The notes: generated from the sequence alone by a model not told the origin. DNA of 64,000 nucleotides from an uncultured Gammaproteobacteria bacterium (GCA_965231125.1 OZ246414.1:384137-448136); one strand, 5' to 3'; shown: positions 25,113 to 35,299, counted from the stretch's first letter. Program-made: numbers and translations.

Positions 25113-25146
25113 CCCCGACTCCTTTTAAAGAGCCGGGGTTTTTTTG
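25113..25146 (+). terminator. Intrinsic terminator-like hairpin plus U-run inside the leader of gene 25203 (candidate attenuator or tiny RNA 3' end)
   Basis: The sequence is ccccgactc-cttttaaa-gagccgggg-ttttttt. The 9-bp stem has one A-C mismatch and is followed by a T7 run. It lies about 25 nt downstream of the predicted transcription start site. An alternative pairing of cccggg (25096-25101) with ccggg (25133-25137) is possible. Confidence 0.45.
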
Positions 25147-25202
25147 GGAACAAGTGCTGGGTTGAAAGTTGGACACATTTTTTTGATAATGAGGACATAA
25201 CC

Positions 25203-26360
25203 ATGCCACAATATACTGCTCAACAACTCCCACCGCGCACAAAAATAGATAAAAAATTTGAGAATTGGACTGTCTTGATTATTGCAGTTGCGTTGATACT
25301 TGAAATATTGCTAGTTGCTTATGTTATCTACAGGTCTGGCAAGCGGGAATCTGCCTCGACTCGACCAAACTTAGAACGAGTAACAACCGAAAACAAATTT
25401 GAAGGTTTGGTTTTCGCCACGTACTCGAGTAAGAGTTTTGTAAAATCGGGCGCGACCCATCAAGGGTTTGTTTTTTCAATATACACCGCAACTACAAATG
25501 GTTACGATAAGCGGCCAGTTGCAACAGAGGATACCACCAAAAAAAGTACCCTATGTTCTCCGCGGACCGGTTTTAACTTTAAGCTTATTAGCCCCGCTAA
25601 ACTTTATTTTGAGTGCGCTGATATAAAAGAAATTATTTTAGGAGACGGCCAGGTCCAGAAGGCAAAAGTGTCAATCGCTGATACGGATTTAGTATCTCCA
25701 GACGGGGCTAAAATTGCAAAGGAAGAAAAAAATGGTCAAGTTAAAATAGTTGACCTGGCGTCTGGTAAAACTAAGGCTTTTAGAGCGCCAGCTTCCATCC
25801 CAAAGAAATATCAGGCGTTTTTTCCCCTCGCTTGGAGCCTGGATAGCAAATTTGTCTATTTTACCAATAGCCTTAAAAAAGTTTCCGGGGTTTGGAAATT
25901 AAATTTGGTTACAGGAGAGATGATTAAAACTTTTGGAGACCCCGTTAGCCGCAACCAAATTGTTCCGTTGTCCACCCAAGCTTTGCTGGGCAATTCTACA
26001 ACTCTTCGAGTGGTCGATTTTAACTCAGGCTCTACTATTAAAGAGATAACAGTTCAACACCCACTGTCCAAAATCGTCTCGGTGGATCCGGATGTTAGTA
26101 GAGTGATTTACACTTCCTCCGGGTCCACCTGGTTTCATGATGAAAATAGAAATAGCGATTCTTTGGCATCTTCTGCAGTTGATTTATGTCAGGATTCAAT
26201 AATTTTTAATACGCCTACCTTACAAAATCCAGCAAACCCGCCAACCGATCCAAGTGTAACTCCCAAAACCTTGAGTAGCTATAATTTTTCCACTAAAGAT
26301 TTTAACGAGATTCACCAGAGTGGGAAGTATATAAACTACATTGGCTGCCTGCCTCAATAA
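25203..26360 (+). CDS. Hypothetical membrane-anchored protein with a beta-propeller-like (TolB-like) extracytoplasmic domain
   Basis: The N-terminal TM helix is WTVLIIAVALILEILLVAYVIY. Repeated beta-strand-rich segments follow. I recognised no family. Confidence 0.45.
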   Translation: MPQYTAQQLPPRTKIDKKFENWTVLIIAVALILEILLVAYVIYRSGKRESASTRPNLERVTTENKFEGLVFATYSSKSFVKSGATHQGFVFSIYTATTNGYDKRPVATEDTTKKSTLCSPRTGFNFKLISPAKLYFECADIKEIILGDGQVQKAKVSIADTDLVSPDGAKIAKEEKNGQVKIVDLASGKTKAFRAPASIPKKYQAFFPLAWSLDSKFVYFTNSLKKVSGVWKLNLVTGEMIKTFGDPVSRNQIVPLSTQALLGNSTTLRVVDFNSGSTIKEITVQHPLSKIVSVDPDVSRVIYTSSGSTWFHDENRNSDSLASSAVDLCQDSIIFNTPTLQNPANPPTDPSVTPKTLSSYNFSTKDFNEIHQSGKYINYIGCLPQ

Positions 26361-26405
26361 AAAATGGTTTTTGACAACCTCGGACCCTTAATTTATCCTT
26401 AAAGG

Positions 26406-27158
26406 GTGAAAATAGTTGTTGTCGTACCAACTTATAACGAGAAAGAAAATATTGGTCCTCTTATTTCTGCTTTGCAAGAACAATTCGAAAAAATTCCCCA
26501 CGAGACTCATATTTTAGTTGTTGACGACACGTCTCCCGATGGGACAGCAAAGGAAGTTGGGAAGACGGCCAGAAAAGCAAGCAACATCCACCTTTTGACG
26601 GGTAAAAAAGAAGGGCTCGGTAAGGCTTATATTCGTGGGATGAAGCATGCTTTAAATAAACTGGGGGCCGATGTTATTGTGAGTATGGATGCCGATTTTT
26701 CTCATGATCCTGCGGATGTTCCAAGACTTATCTCTGAGATTGAAAAAGGAGCCGATTTTGCCATCGGCAGTCGGTACGTTGAAGGAGGGAAGATCCCGGA
26801 AAATTGGAATTTTTTTAGGGTAGCAAATTCTCGCTGGGGCAATAGGTTTGCACGCTATATTGTTGGTATCGATAACGTTAAGGACTGTACGGCCGGATTT
26901 CGGGCCATAAGAGCCTCTGTATTACAAAAAATCGATTTGGATTCCCTGAAAGTGAGAGGTTATTCATTTCAAATGAACCTTCTCTACAGGGCGTACATAA
27001 GAGGCGCTAAAATAAAAGAGGTACCGGTAGAGTTCGTCGAAAGGCACGCTGGACACACAAAACTTGGTCCAAGTGATATTATTGAGTTTATGGTAAGCTC
27101 TTTAATTTTACGCTACCGAAGAGGATTTACGATGCAAAAGCCAAGGGAGAAAATTTAA
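26406..27158 (+). CDS. GT2 glycosyltransferase, polyprenol-phosphate mannose/glucose synthase-like (DPM1/GtrB-like)
   Basis: MKIVVVVPTYNEKENIGPLISALQEQ...VVDDTSPDGT plus DAD...SRY motifs are typical of Dpm1-like GT2 enzymes. The protein is 250 aa. Confidence 0.8.
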   Translation: MKIVVVVPTYNEKENIGPLISALQEQFEKIPHETHILVVDDTSPDGTAKEVGKTARKASNIHLLTGKKEGLGKAYIRGMKHALNKLGADVIVSMDADFSHDPADVPRLISEIEKGADFAIGSRYVEGGKIPENWNFFRVANSRWGNRFARYIVGIDNVKDCTAGFRAIRASVLQKIDLDSLKVRGYSFQMNLLYRAYIRGAKIKEVPVEFVERHAGHTKLGPSDIIEFMVSSLILRYRRGFTMQKPREKI

Positions 27159-27167
27159 ATTTAATTT

Positions 27168-28088
27168 ATGAAAGTACTAGTTACTGGCGGGGCCGGGTTT
27201 ATTGGATCCCATGTAGTAAAACAATTGTTGGATGAAGGTCATAGTGTTGTGGTTTATGACGATCTTTCTCGTGGTTACGAGTCTTTGATTGATCACAGGG
27301 CTTTGTTTGTGCGAGGGTCCGTCTTAGATAAAGCGGCTCTTGCGGAGGCTCTTGAGGGGGTAGACGCTGTAATTCATATGGCCGCCTTTATAATAGTGCC
27401 AGAAAGTGTGAAAAAGCCAAAAATGTACTGGGAAAACAATGTCGGTGGGACTAAAGTGCTTCTGGAGGCAATGTCCGACAAAGGCGTTAAAAAGCTGATT
27501 TTTTCTTCTTCAGCAACAGTTTACGGCGAGCCCGATAAACTGCCTTTAACGGAAGAGTCTCCTTTGAAAAAGCCGACAAACCCGTACGGTGAGACCAAGC
27601 TTGAGATGGAACAGCTTTGCCAAAACTGGGCTAGGGCAGGCAAAGATTTAGTTATTTTGCGCTATTTTAACCCTTACGGGCCGAACGAATTGCACAACCC
27701 CGAGACTCACGCCATTCCAAATTTCGTTAAAGCTACTCTTAAAAAAGAACCTATCCCTTTGTATTGGAAAGGAGAGCAAATTCGCGATTTTATTTACGTT
27801 GAGGATTTAGCAAAGGCTCATATCGATACTCTCAATACCAGTAGCGCTCAAGTGTTCAATATCGGCACGGAAGTGGGAACCAAAGTTAAGGATGTGGTAA
27901 ATACTATTTTTAAGATAGCCGGTTACAGTGTTCCAATGAAAGATTTAGGCGTAAGGCCGGGCGATGCGAAGGCTACTTACGCCTCAAGTGAAAAGTTAAA
28001 AAAGTCAACTGGCTGGACGCCAAAGAATAATTTGGAGACGGGGTTGAGGAAAACAGTCGAGTTTTTTAGAGACAATTTGGGTAGATAA
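27168..28088 (+). CDS. NAD-dependent sugar-nucleotide 4-epimerase (UDP-glucose 4-epimerase family)
   Basis: MKVLVTGGAGFIGSH is a Rossmann GxxGxxG motif. A YxxxK-type SDR catalytic region follows. The protein is 306 aa. Confidence 0.75.
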   Translation: MKVLVTGGAGFIGSHVVKQLLDEGHSVVVYDDLSRGYESLIDHRALFVRGSVLDKAALAEALEGVDAVIHMAAFIIVPESVKKPKMYWENNVGGTKVLLEAMSDKGVKKLIFSSSATVYGEPDKLPLTEESPLKKPTNPYGETKLEMEQLCQNWARAGKDLVILRYFNPYGPNELHNPETHAIPNFVKATLKKEPIPLYWKGEQIRDFIYVEDLAKAHIDTLNTSSAQVFNIGTEVGTKVKDVVNTIFKIAGYSVPMKDLGVRPGDAKATYASSEKLKKSTGWTPKNNLETGLRKTVEFFRDNLGR

Positions 28089-28126
28089 TTTGATTACCAG
28101 CCTTCTTATCGATATACTAGGCAACT

Positions 28127-29110
28127 ATGGAAAATAAACGCCCTTCAATTGTAGTAATTGGCGGTGGAACTGGCACTTACACGGTGTTAATTGGCCTGAA
28201 AAAATTTGATGTGGATTTAACCGCCATTGTAACCATGATGGATAGCGGCGGTAGCTCTGGTCGTCTCCGTGACGAATTTGGCACATTGCCGCCCGGGGAT
28301 GTGCGCCAATCGTTGGTTGCTCTGAGCGCTGACACATCGGTGCTACGCAGCTTGTTTAATTATCGTTATGAAAAAGGCGAGGGCCTTTCGGGCCATAGTT
28401 TTGGTAACCTGTTTCTAACTTCCCTTGCCCAAGTTATGGGCGGTATGGATAAGGCAATTTCGGAGACAAGTAAGATCCTTAATATTAAGGGCAAAGTTTT
28501 ACCCGTAACTGTCGAGAGTGCTCATTTAGTTGCAAAATACGAGAATGGTTTGCAAGTAAGTGGCGAAGGAAATATCGACGAGCCCAAACATAACGGTAAA
28601 TTAAAAATTAAAGACATTAGTCTAGAACCTGAGGTGAAACCGTTTGATCACACTTTAGAGGCAATTGACAAGGCGGATCTTATTATTATTGGACCAGGTG
28701 ACCTTTATACAAGTTTAGTTCCAAATCTTTTGGTGTCGGGGGTGGCTCGCTCGATTCGGGAATCTAAAGCTAAAAAAGTTTATATAGTTAATCTAATGAC
28801 CAAATATGGCCAGACTTATGGTTTCAAAGCAAGTGATCATGTAAAAACTTTAGAAGAATATCTCGGTAGCCCATGCCTAGATTATGTTTTGATAAATGAC
28901 ACTACCTTACCAGAGGAGATCTTAAGAAAATACGAAAAAGAAAACGATTTTCCAGTAAGGGATGATTTGGCAACCGGTAAAAGTGAAATTATTAGAACCG
29001 ATCTTTTAGCTAAAGATCCAATCAAAAAAGCAGAAGGTGATTTACTAAAACGAAGCCTTATTCGCCACGATTCAAATAAATTGGCGCAGGCTATTATAAA
29101 ACTGGTTTAA
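28127..29110 (+). CDS. YvcK/CofD-family protein (UPF0052, gluconeogenesis-factor/LPPG:FO transferase-like)
   Basis: IVVIGGGTGTYTVLIGLKKF...VTMMDSGGSSGRLRDEFGTLPPGDVRQSLVAL is the conserved YvcK N-terminal signature. Confidence 0.75.
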   Translation: MENKRPSIVVIGGGTGTYTVLIGLKKFDVDLTAIVTMMDSGGSSGRLRDEFGTLPPGDVRQSLVALSADTSVLRSLFNYRYEKGEGLSGHSFGNLFLTSLAQVMGGMDKAISETSKILNIKGKVLPVTVESAHLVAKYENGLQVSGEGNIDEPKHNGKLKIKDISLEPEVKPFDHTLEAIDKADLIIIGPGDLYTSLVPNLLVSGVARSIRESKAKKVYIVNLMTKYGQTYGFKASDHVKTLEEYLGSPCLDYVLINDTTLPEEILRKYEKENDFPVRDDLATGKSEIIRTDLLAKDPIKKAEGDLLKRSLIRHDSNKLAQAIIKLV

Positions 29111-29114
29111 ACTT

Positions 29115-30869
29115 ATGTGCGGGATATTTGGTTACGTTGGAAAAAACAATCAAGCCGGCAACCTTGTGCTAGAGGGTTTGAAAGTTTTGGAATACCGCGG
29201 TTACGATTCGTGGGGAGTAGCGGTTATCGATAACGGTGAGTTTAGTATGAATAAGGTACCAGGTAAGATAGGCGCCGCCAAGCTGAACTTACCCGGTTCC
29301 AATTTAGGAATTGGCCACACTCGTTGGGCGACGCATGGTGGAGTAACCGTCGAAAACGCCCACCCTCATCTTTCTTGCGACGCAAGCCTGGCGCTAATTC
29401 ATAACGGGATTGTTGAAAATTACCGTGAACTTGCAAAAGGCTTATCCCAAAAACACCGGTTAATAAGCGAAACCGATACCGAGATTATCGTCCACATGGT
29501 AGAAGAAGAGTATCGTAGCAGCAACTTAACAGACGCTTTAAGGAAAGTTTTCAAGAAATTAGAAGGGTTAAACGCTGTTGCAGTCGCTTCATCTTCTGGG
29601 GAGATTGCAGTTGCAAAAAACGGCTCCCCCCTTGTTCTTGGTTTTGGAAAAGACGAATATTTTCTAGCCTCGGATGCGACAGCACTTTTGCCACATACAA
29701 AAAAGGTGGTATTTTTGGAAGACGATCAACTCGCGGCGATAGACAGCTCTGGCATTAAAATCTTCGATTTAAAATCAGACAAACAAATAAAACCGGAGAT
29801 TTCACAACTTGATTGGAGTGTGGTTGATAACAAGTTAGGAAAATACCCGCACTACCTTTTAAAAGAGATAAATGAACAACCTTCTGTTATAAAAAATATC
29901 TCAACGTCTTTGGTATCTCAAGCCGAAAAATTGGCTTTGGAAATTGATAAAGCTAAAGGAACCTTCTTTATCGGCTCTGGAACCGCCTACTTTGCTTGTT
30001 TGGCTGGAACTTACTTATTTTCCAAGGCTAATCGACACGTTAACACGGCCGTTGCTTCAGAATTTGTTTATCTGGAAAATTTCCTAACCGACAAGAGTTT
30101 GGTGATTGCTCTTTCGCAAAGTGGAGAAACAATCGATGTGGTCGAACCCCTAAATTTTGCAAAAAAAAGAAGAGCTAAAATTGTCTCGGTTGTAAATGTT
30201 TTAGGTTCAACAATCTACCGGATGGGCGATATTAAGATTTTGCTTGGGGCCGGTCCAGAACTGGCGGTTGCTTCAACCAAAGCTTATACGGCTAAGGTTG
30301 CTTTGTTGATAATGACCACTTTTGCACTTCAAGGTCGGATAGAAGAAGCCAAGAAACTGTTGGTTGCGGCGGCCGAAGAAGTGGAACGGTTGCTGGAAAG
30401 TGAGAATCTAAAAAAACTACAAGGAATAGCTAAAATTTTGTCTGCAAAGGAACATATCTACACCATTGGTAGGGGTATTTCGTCCGCCTTGGCGTTGGAA
30501 ACGGCCATGAAGATGAAGGAGGTTAGTTACGTGCACACGGAAGGGCTGGCAGGTGGAGAATTGAAACATGGGCCAATAGCTCTGATTGATAAAGGAACAC
30601 CTTGTATAGTTTTCGCACCCAACGATGAGACTTATCAATCGATTATTTCTAATGCTACTGAAATTAAATCTCGAGGCGGTTTAATAATTGGCATTGGTCC
30701 AAAGAAGTCTGAAGTGTTTGATTACTGGATTGAAGTAAAAGATATCCATGAAGCTTCTCTAATTCCAATGGTGGTCCCAGCCCAGCTATTTGGCTATTAT
30801 ATGGCTTTGGAGAAGGGATTGGACCCGGATAAACCGCGTAACTTAGCAAAATCCGTGACAGTTAAATAA
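29115..30869 (+). CDS. glmS: Glutamine--fructose-6-phosphate aminotransferase
   Basis: MCGIFGYVG has the N-terminal nucleophile Cys. The protein is 584 aa with two SIS domains and a C-terminal ...LAKSVTVK. Confidence 0.95.
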   Translation: MCGIFGYVGKNNQAGNLVLEGLKVLEYRGYDSWGVAVIDNGEFSMNKVPGKIGAAKLNLPGSNLGIGHTRWATHGGVTVENAHPHLSCDASLALIHNGIVENYRELAKGLSQKHRLISETDTEIIVHMVEEEYRSSNLTDALRKVFKKLEGLNAVAVASSSGEIAVAKNGSPLVLGFGKDEYFLASDATALLPHTKKVVFLEDDQLAAIDSSGIKIFDLKSDKQIKPEISQLDWSVVDNKLGKYPHYLLKEINEQPSVIKNISTSLVSQAEKLALEIDKAKGTFFIGSGTAYFACLAGTYLFSKANRHVNTAVASEFVYLENFLTDKSLVIALSQSGETIDVVEPLNFAKKRRAKIVSVVNVLGSTIYRMGDIKILLGAGPELAVASTKAYTAKVALLIMTTFALQGRIEEAKKLLVAAAEEVERLLESENLKKLQGIAKILSAKEHIYTIGRGISSALALETAMKMKEVSYVHTEGLAGGELKHGPIALIDKGTPCIVFAPNDETYQSIISNATEIKSRGGLIIGIGPKKSEVFDYWIEVKDIHEASLIPMVVPAQLFGYYMALEKGLDPDKPRNLAKSVTVK

Positions 30870-30940
30870 AATTTTCTTTTACTTTGCTCTGCGCTAGATA
30901 TCTTACACCTAACTAGATTTAGCGGTGTTTTCGGGTAAAG

Positions 30941-32506
30941 CTAATCACTCTCTTTGGGAACTGGAATGAATTTGTAGTAATCTTTATAATTTGAGAAGTA
31001 AGATTTATCTTCCAACATTTTGAATTTCGTTCCAAAGTAATAATTAAACATTTTTCTAAATGTATTAACCGGAGTAATCGTGGGGTAAAGGATTTTTCCC
31101 CCACCCTTTGGAAGATAATAAAGGTTTAAGTTAGAGATTCTCTCGTATATTTGCTGATCGGTTAACTTATCAAGTGGGGTTAACCATTGTCTTTGCGAAG
31201 CTGTTCCTTCGTCTGACTGAATAATTATTATCGGTGGAGTTTTAGATCTTGCTAAAATAGAATTAACCATATCTTCCACTTTATTATTTACAAAGATAAC
31301 TTGCTCTACATATTCTTTCCGCTGATTAAAACGCCCCTCATCGTCAGCTAAGCCCTTACTGTACGCGACCAGTTTATTACCATAACGATCAAATAGATAA
31401 GGATGATGGGGTGATACTATGTGAGCAAACGTAAATGTGGGTCTAGAGTCTTTTGGAATCTCTTTTAATTTATCAAATGCGTAAAGTATTGAATCCGCTG
31501 CGTCAAACTTGAATCTTTCAAATAAGGTAAGTGCGCTAGTTTGATAAAGTAGTCTCATAAATTCACTTCTTTGGCCGAGTACGTATAGCTCATCGGCATA
31601 TGGATTATCCGCTGTACCGCCCCAGAATGTACCAATTGCTATGTAAGTGTAACCCCTCGATTTAAGAAATTTAGAAACAGCGCTGTTTCTTATCATTTTG
31701 TAAGAAATCTTAAATTTTTCTCTCTGGCTCACCTGTTTTTTAGAAAGATCGTCCAGGTATGTCATATTTAAAGATGAACTAAGATTTAGCAAGGTTATAG
31801 AGTAATTACTTTTACTATTATCAACTACGTAAAAACCTTTTTTTGCCATATCACCCAAAAACTTATTGTTATCGTAATGGTATAAGCTTTTTAAAAAAGC
31901 AGCTCCTGCATAATCTTCCAAGATAATGTAGTAGATATCGGGTGAATTTTTACCTCTTTGCCCTCTAACACTTAAAGTTTTATTTTTTGAGTTTTTTTCA
32001 GACACATTAAGTCCATTTTTTAAAGCAAAGGTTCCTATCGTGTAAAGAGAACTTAGTATCAATAAAACTACAATAATATTTAAGATCTTTGATAAACTTT
32101 TCAAGTTAGCTTTTGTTTTCCAAATGAGAAATGAAAGAATTAAAAACAAAATTAGGTACGCCGGAGCAAGGAATTTATGACGAGTTAGTAGATGTCCTTG
32201 CATTCTAACTTCTGGTAAAAGATTGAATATGTGGCCATACGAAAAGAAGAAAATAAGGCTAGCGGAGGTTATTAAAGCTGCTTTTTGCGTGTCTTTAAGG
32301 GTAAATTTTAATGTGAAAAGGATGAAAATTGTGACTCCGAGGGAAATTAGAATTGGTGAAAAAGTTTCCGACAGATAAGATTCGTTAAGATTTATGCTAT
32401 AAATAAAGAGAATTGGGTAAATCGCAAAAAGGAAGGGGTAAAGTGGAAGTGAAAGCTTAACTTTTCTTAGCGCGCCAATTCCTAGGCTTTTCCTAAAGTT
32501 TGTCAT
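30941..32506 (-). CDS. LtaS-like / sulfatase-superfamily membrane protein (polyol-phosphate or phosphoglycerol transferase-like)
   Basis: Five N-terminal TM helices are followed by an extracytoplasmic alkaline-phosphatase-superfamily domain (PDIYYIILEDY..., ...IIQSDEGTA). Confidence 0.5.
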   Translation of the reverse strand: MTNFRKSLGIGALRKVKLSLPLYPFLFAIYPILFIYSINLNESYLSETFSPILISLGVTIFILFTLKFTLKDTQKAALITSASLIFFFSYGHIFNLLPEVRMQGHLLTRHKFLAPAYLILFLILSFLIWKTKANLKSLSKILNIIVVLLILSSLYTIGTFALKNGLNVSEKNSKNKTLSVRGQRGKNSPDIYYIILEDYAGAAFLKSLYHYDNNKFLGDMAKKGFYVVDNSKSNYSITLLNLSSSLNMTYLDDLSKKQVSQREKFKISYKMIRNSAVSKFLKSRGYTYIAIGTFWGGTADNPYADELYVLGQRSEFMRLLYQTSALTLFERFKFDAADSILYAFDKLKEIPKDSRPTFTFAHIVSPHHPYLFDRYGNKLVAYSKGLADDEGRFNQRKEYVEQVIFVNNKVEDMVNSILARSKTPPIIIIQSDEGTASQRQWLTPLDKLTDQQIYERISNLNLYYLPKGGGKILYPTITPVNTFRKMFNYYFGTKFKMLEDKSYFSNYKDYYKFIPVPKESD

Positions 32507-33885
32507 TTTTTAACCATTAAGTATAAAAGCCGCTTACTATTTTTTATATCTGACTTAATCTTCACTAAGAAGAACTTACCAAATTCTGTCTCAAAATCTT
32601 TTTCTGTGTAGTTAGGGAAAATATCTCTCCTAGTTGAAAGGAGTTTTTGGACTTGAGAGTCTTCTTTGGGTACAAATTCAATTATGAGGCTGTTACAGAA
32701 TTTACTGAAGAAACTGGCAAGTTCAGATAAAGGAACGTTATTTGAAATTGCTAGGTGATGGATCAAAGCCAGCGCAAGACCTAGGTCGGTTGGTCCTCTC
32801 TGCAGGAATGCTTCTCTTTCTTCGTTTTCCCAACCAATGGCTGGGCTTGGATTTGTTAGGTCGATTAAAAGAGGAAGTATGTATTTTTCCTTTCTTTTTA
32901 CCATCTCTTTGTAATTTAATTCTATTGCTGCCGGGTCTATATCAAAAGAAATTGTCGAGACCCCTTTATCGGAAGCAATACGACTGAATAATCCAGTGTT
33001 CCCACCAAAATCCCATACAGTTTTTGGATTTGTTTTTCCCAAAAATTCTTCCACCAGTTTTGCTTTATAACGCAATGAGTCTGTTAAGTAGTTATTGTTT
33101 GACGGATAATAATCTGCCCATTCTGTCCCTTTGGACTGCCAATTTAAAGATTTTATTGCGCCTTCAAGATTATCGATTAAGCCTAAAAACGATCTTTTAT
33201 TCATTCTTCCTTTTATTGAGTCTTTTTTTATCGTTTTATCTGAATACTTTTTTTGACTTGCTGCATGTAAATGAATATGAATAAATAAAGAAGGTTTAAA
33301 TTTAGTTCTTATGGGCAGCAATTTAGAGGCCAGGTCTAAAGGGATACCATCAATGTATAATTGAAACAAACTGCTAAGACGAATATCAGTATAAACCATC
33401 AAAGAAAGTGGAGCTAAAAAATGCTGGCAAAATTGTTTATACGCAACCCAAGGTTCCCCTTCTTTATATTTTTCAAATGAGAGAGTGTCAATTAAGATGG
33501 GTTTTCCCTCAAGAAATTGAATATTAAAAGCACTCGCATCTTTTAAGATCATTCCATGCTCAAGTGCAATTTTTTGTATCCTTAAGGTTGTGAGGGCCGC
33601 GTCCTTAAACTGGCCAAAGCACCATTCGTAAGGGTAAGAGATAAAAGGGACTCTTTCAGGCCTAATAATCTTATAAGCGTTTTTATTTGGTGAAGTCGAT
33701 TTTTCGACTTCTTTGTGGGGAATCAAAAGGCCCAAATCTACTAGTTTTTTATAAAGACCAGCCTTTATCAGATGCTCGTAATTTTCTCTGTAACTTTCAT
33801 TGATTTGCCGAAAAAGTGTTCCACGCGAAGCGAAGACAAAGCCAGATGGATCGCGAAAAGAGGCCTCCAGCTTATTTACTGTCAT
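32503..33885 (-). CDS. Two-domain protein with a C-terminal class I SAM-dependent methyltransferase fold
   Basis: The C-terminal region contains VWDFGGNTGLFSRIA (motif I) and an acidic motif II. The N-terminal ~270 aa are unassigned. Confidence 0.45.
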   Translation of the reverse strand: MTVNKLEASFRDPSGFVFASRGTLFRQINESYRENYEHLIKAGLYKKLVDLGLLIPHKEVEKSTSPNKNAYKIIRPERVPFISYPYEWCFGQFKDAALTTLRIQKIALEHGMILKDASAFNIQFLEGKPILIDTLSFEKYKEGEPWVAYKQFCQHFLAPLSLMVYTDIRLSSLFQLYIDGIPLDLASKLLPIRTKFKPSLFIHIHLHAASQKKYSDKTIKKDSIKGRMNKRSFLGLIDNLEGAIKSLNWQSKGTEWADYYPSNNNYLTDSLRYKAKLVEEFLGKTNPKTVWDFGGNTGLFSRIASDKGVSTISFDIDPAAIELNYKEMVKRKEKYILPLLIDLTNPSPAIGWENEEREAFLQRGPTDLGLALALIHHLAISNNVPLSELASFFSKFCNSLIIEFVPKEDSQVQKLLSTRRDIFPNYTEKDFETEFGKFFLVKIKSDIKNSKRLLYLMVKK

Positions 33886-34171
33886 CTATCTTGGGGGAAG
33901 AGGCAGGGTTTACTTTTTTATTCTTCTTAGAAAAAAGGTTGCTGAAGAAATTTTTTATTTGCAGCCAAAAAGACTTCACCGTAAAGAGAGCTCCAACTAC
34001 ACCAGCAATAAAAAACTGTAACATATAGCTTCCACTACCGGGGTCTAGGTATGCATAGACGGGTTTTGCAGGGAGGAACAAAAAAAGTACTAACAACAAA
34101 AAAAGATTTGTTTTTGATTTCATTTTGAAAAAGCTTAAAGACATTATATCTAATGTTCGATTTTTTGTCAA
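33872..34171 (-). CDS. Small secreted/membrane protein, hypothetical
   Basis: The 99-aa ORF has a signal-like N-terminus and one TM helix. It overlaps the start of the downstream gene. Confidence 0.35.
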   Translation of the reverse strand: MTKNRTLDIMSLSFFKMKSKTNLFLLLVLFLFLPAKPVYAYLDPGSGSYMLQFFIAGVVGALFTVKSFWLQIKNFFSNLFSKKNKKVNPASSPKIDDSK

Positions 34172-34180
34172 TCAAAGTTG

Positions 34181-35287
34181 TTAATCAACAATAACTTCCC
34201 AAGGAAAGCCTTCTCTTCCAAAATGTCCGTAAGAGGCTGTTTGTTTGTAAATGGGGCGAAGCAAATCTAGCCCTTTAATAATCCCAGGCACCGATAAATC
34301 CAACAAATTCCAAGCGAGATCTTTGATCACATTTAATGACTTCTTTTCTGTACCAAATGTGTCAACATCCTTTGCTATTGGTCGCTTATGACCAATGACA
34401 TAAGCAAGTTGCACTTCGGCTTTATCTGCTAAACCAGCAGCAACTATGTTTTTAGCAAGGAACCGGGCCGCATAAGCCCCACTTCTGTCAACTTTAGTTG
34501 GATCCTTGCCAGAAAACGCACCTCCACCGGCTCTAGAGAAGGCCCCATAAGAGTCAACAATTATTTTTCGGCCAGTAACACCAGTATCCGAGGAAGGGCC
34601 TGGTGTCGTCCAAACACCGGCCCCATTGACTATCAGAAGCCCCTTTTTTAAGTTAAAGCCGAACTTCTCAAGCACGGGTTTTACTACATACTTAAACAAA
34701 TCTTCCTTAAGCTGTCTATTATCTATTTTTTCGTCATGGGCTGCCGCTAAGACAACTCTTTCAACACTTTTCGGCTTCCCATTTTCATACAATACTGAAA
34801 CTTCACTTTTTCCGTCCGGTCGCAAATATGGGATTATTTTTTGCTCACGAACCTGATCGAGCTTTTCAGTCAACCGATGAGCTATTGAAATGGGTAACGG
34901 CATAAAGTTCTTTGTTTCATTCGTTGCATACCCAAACATCATGCCTTGATCGCCTGCTCCTCCAGAATCAACTCCTAAAGAAATTTCTGGTGATTGCCTG
35001 TGAATTAGAATTGTAATAGGGGATTTATAAGAAAAATTAAACCTACCATTGGTATAGCCTAGTTCTTTTATTACCGAACTCGCAATCTTATTAAATTTAA
35101 GGTTTGCATTCGTAGTTACTTCTCCTGCCAAAACAACCTTGTTAGTAGTTACTAAAGTCTCAACAGCCACACGGCTTTTTGGGTCGTTTTCTAAAGCCGC
35201 ATCAACAACAGCATCGGAAATTTGGTCACAAATCTTATCTGGATGGCCGGCCGCAACTGATTCAGAAGTGAAAATTTTATAGTTCAT
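34181..35287 (-). CDS. metK: S-adenosylmethionine synthetase (methionine adenosyltransferase)
   Basis: MNYKIFTSESVAAGHPDKICDQISDAVVDA is the canonical MetK N-terminus. The GGGAFSGKD motif is present. Confidence 0.95.
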   Translation of the reverse strand: MNYKIFTSESVAAGHPDKICDQISDAVVDAALENDPKSRVAVETLVTTNKVVLAGEVTTNANLKFNKIASSVIKELGYTNGRFNFSYKSPITILIHRQSPEISLGVDSGGAGDQGMMFGYATNETKNFMPLPISIAHRLTEKLDQVREQKIIPYLRPDGKSEVSVLYENGKPKSVERVVLAAAHDEKIDNRQLKEDLFKYVVKPVLEKFGFNLKKGLLIVNGAGVWTTPGPSSDTGVTGRKIIVDSYGAFSRAGGGAFSGKDPTKVDRSGAYAARFLAKNIVAAGLADKAEVQLAYVIGHKRPIAKDVDTFGTEKKSLNVIKDLAWNLLDLSVPGIIKGLDLLRPIYKQTASYGHFGREGFPWEVIVD

Positions 35288-35299
35288 TATTTTAGATTT

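Noticed and set aside
29100-29120. glmS ribozyme upstream of glmS
   Set aside because: glmS starts 5 nt after the stop of the YvcK-like gene, so there is no room for the ~150-nt ribozyme.
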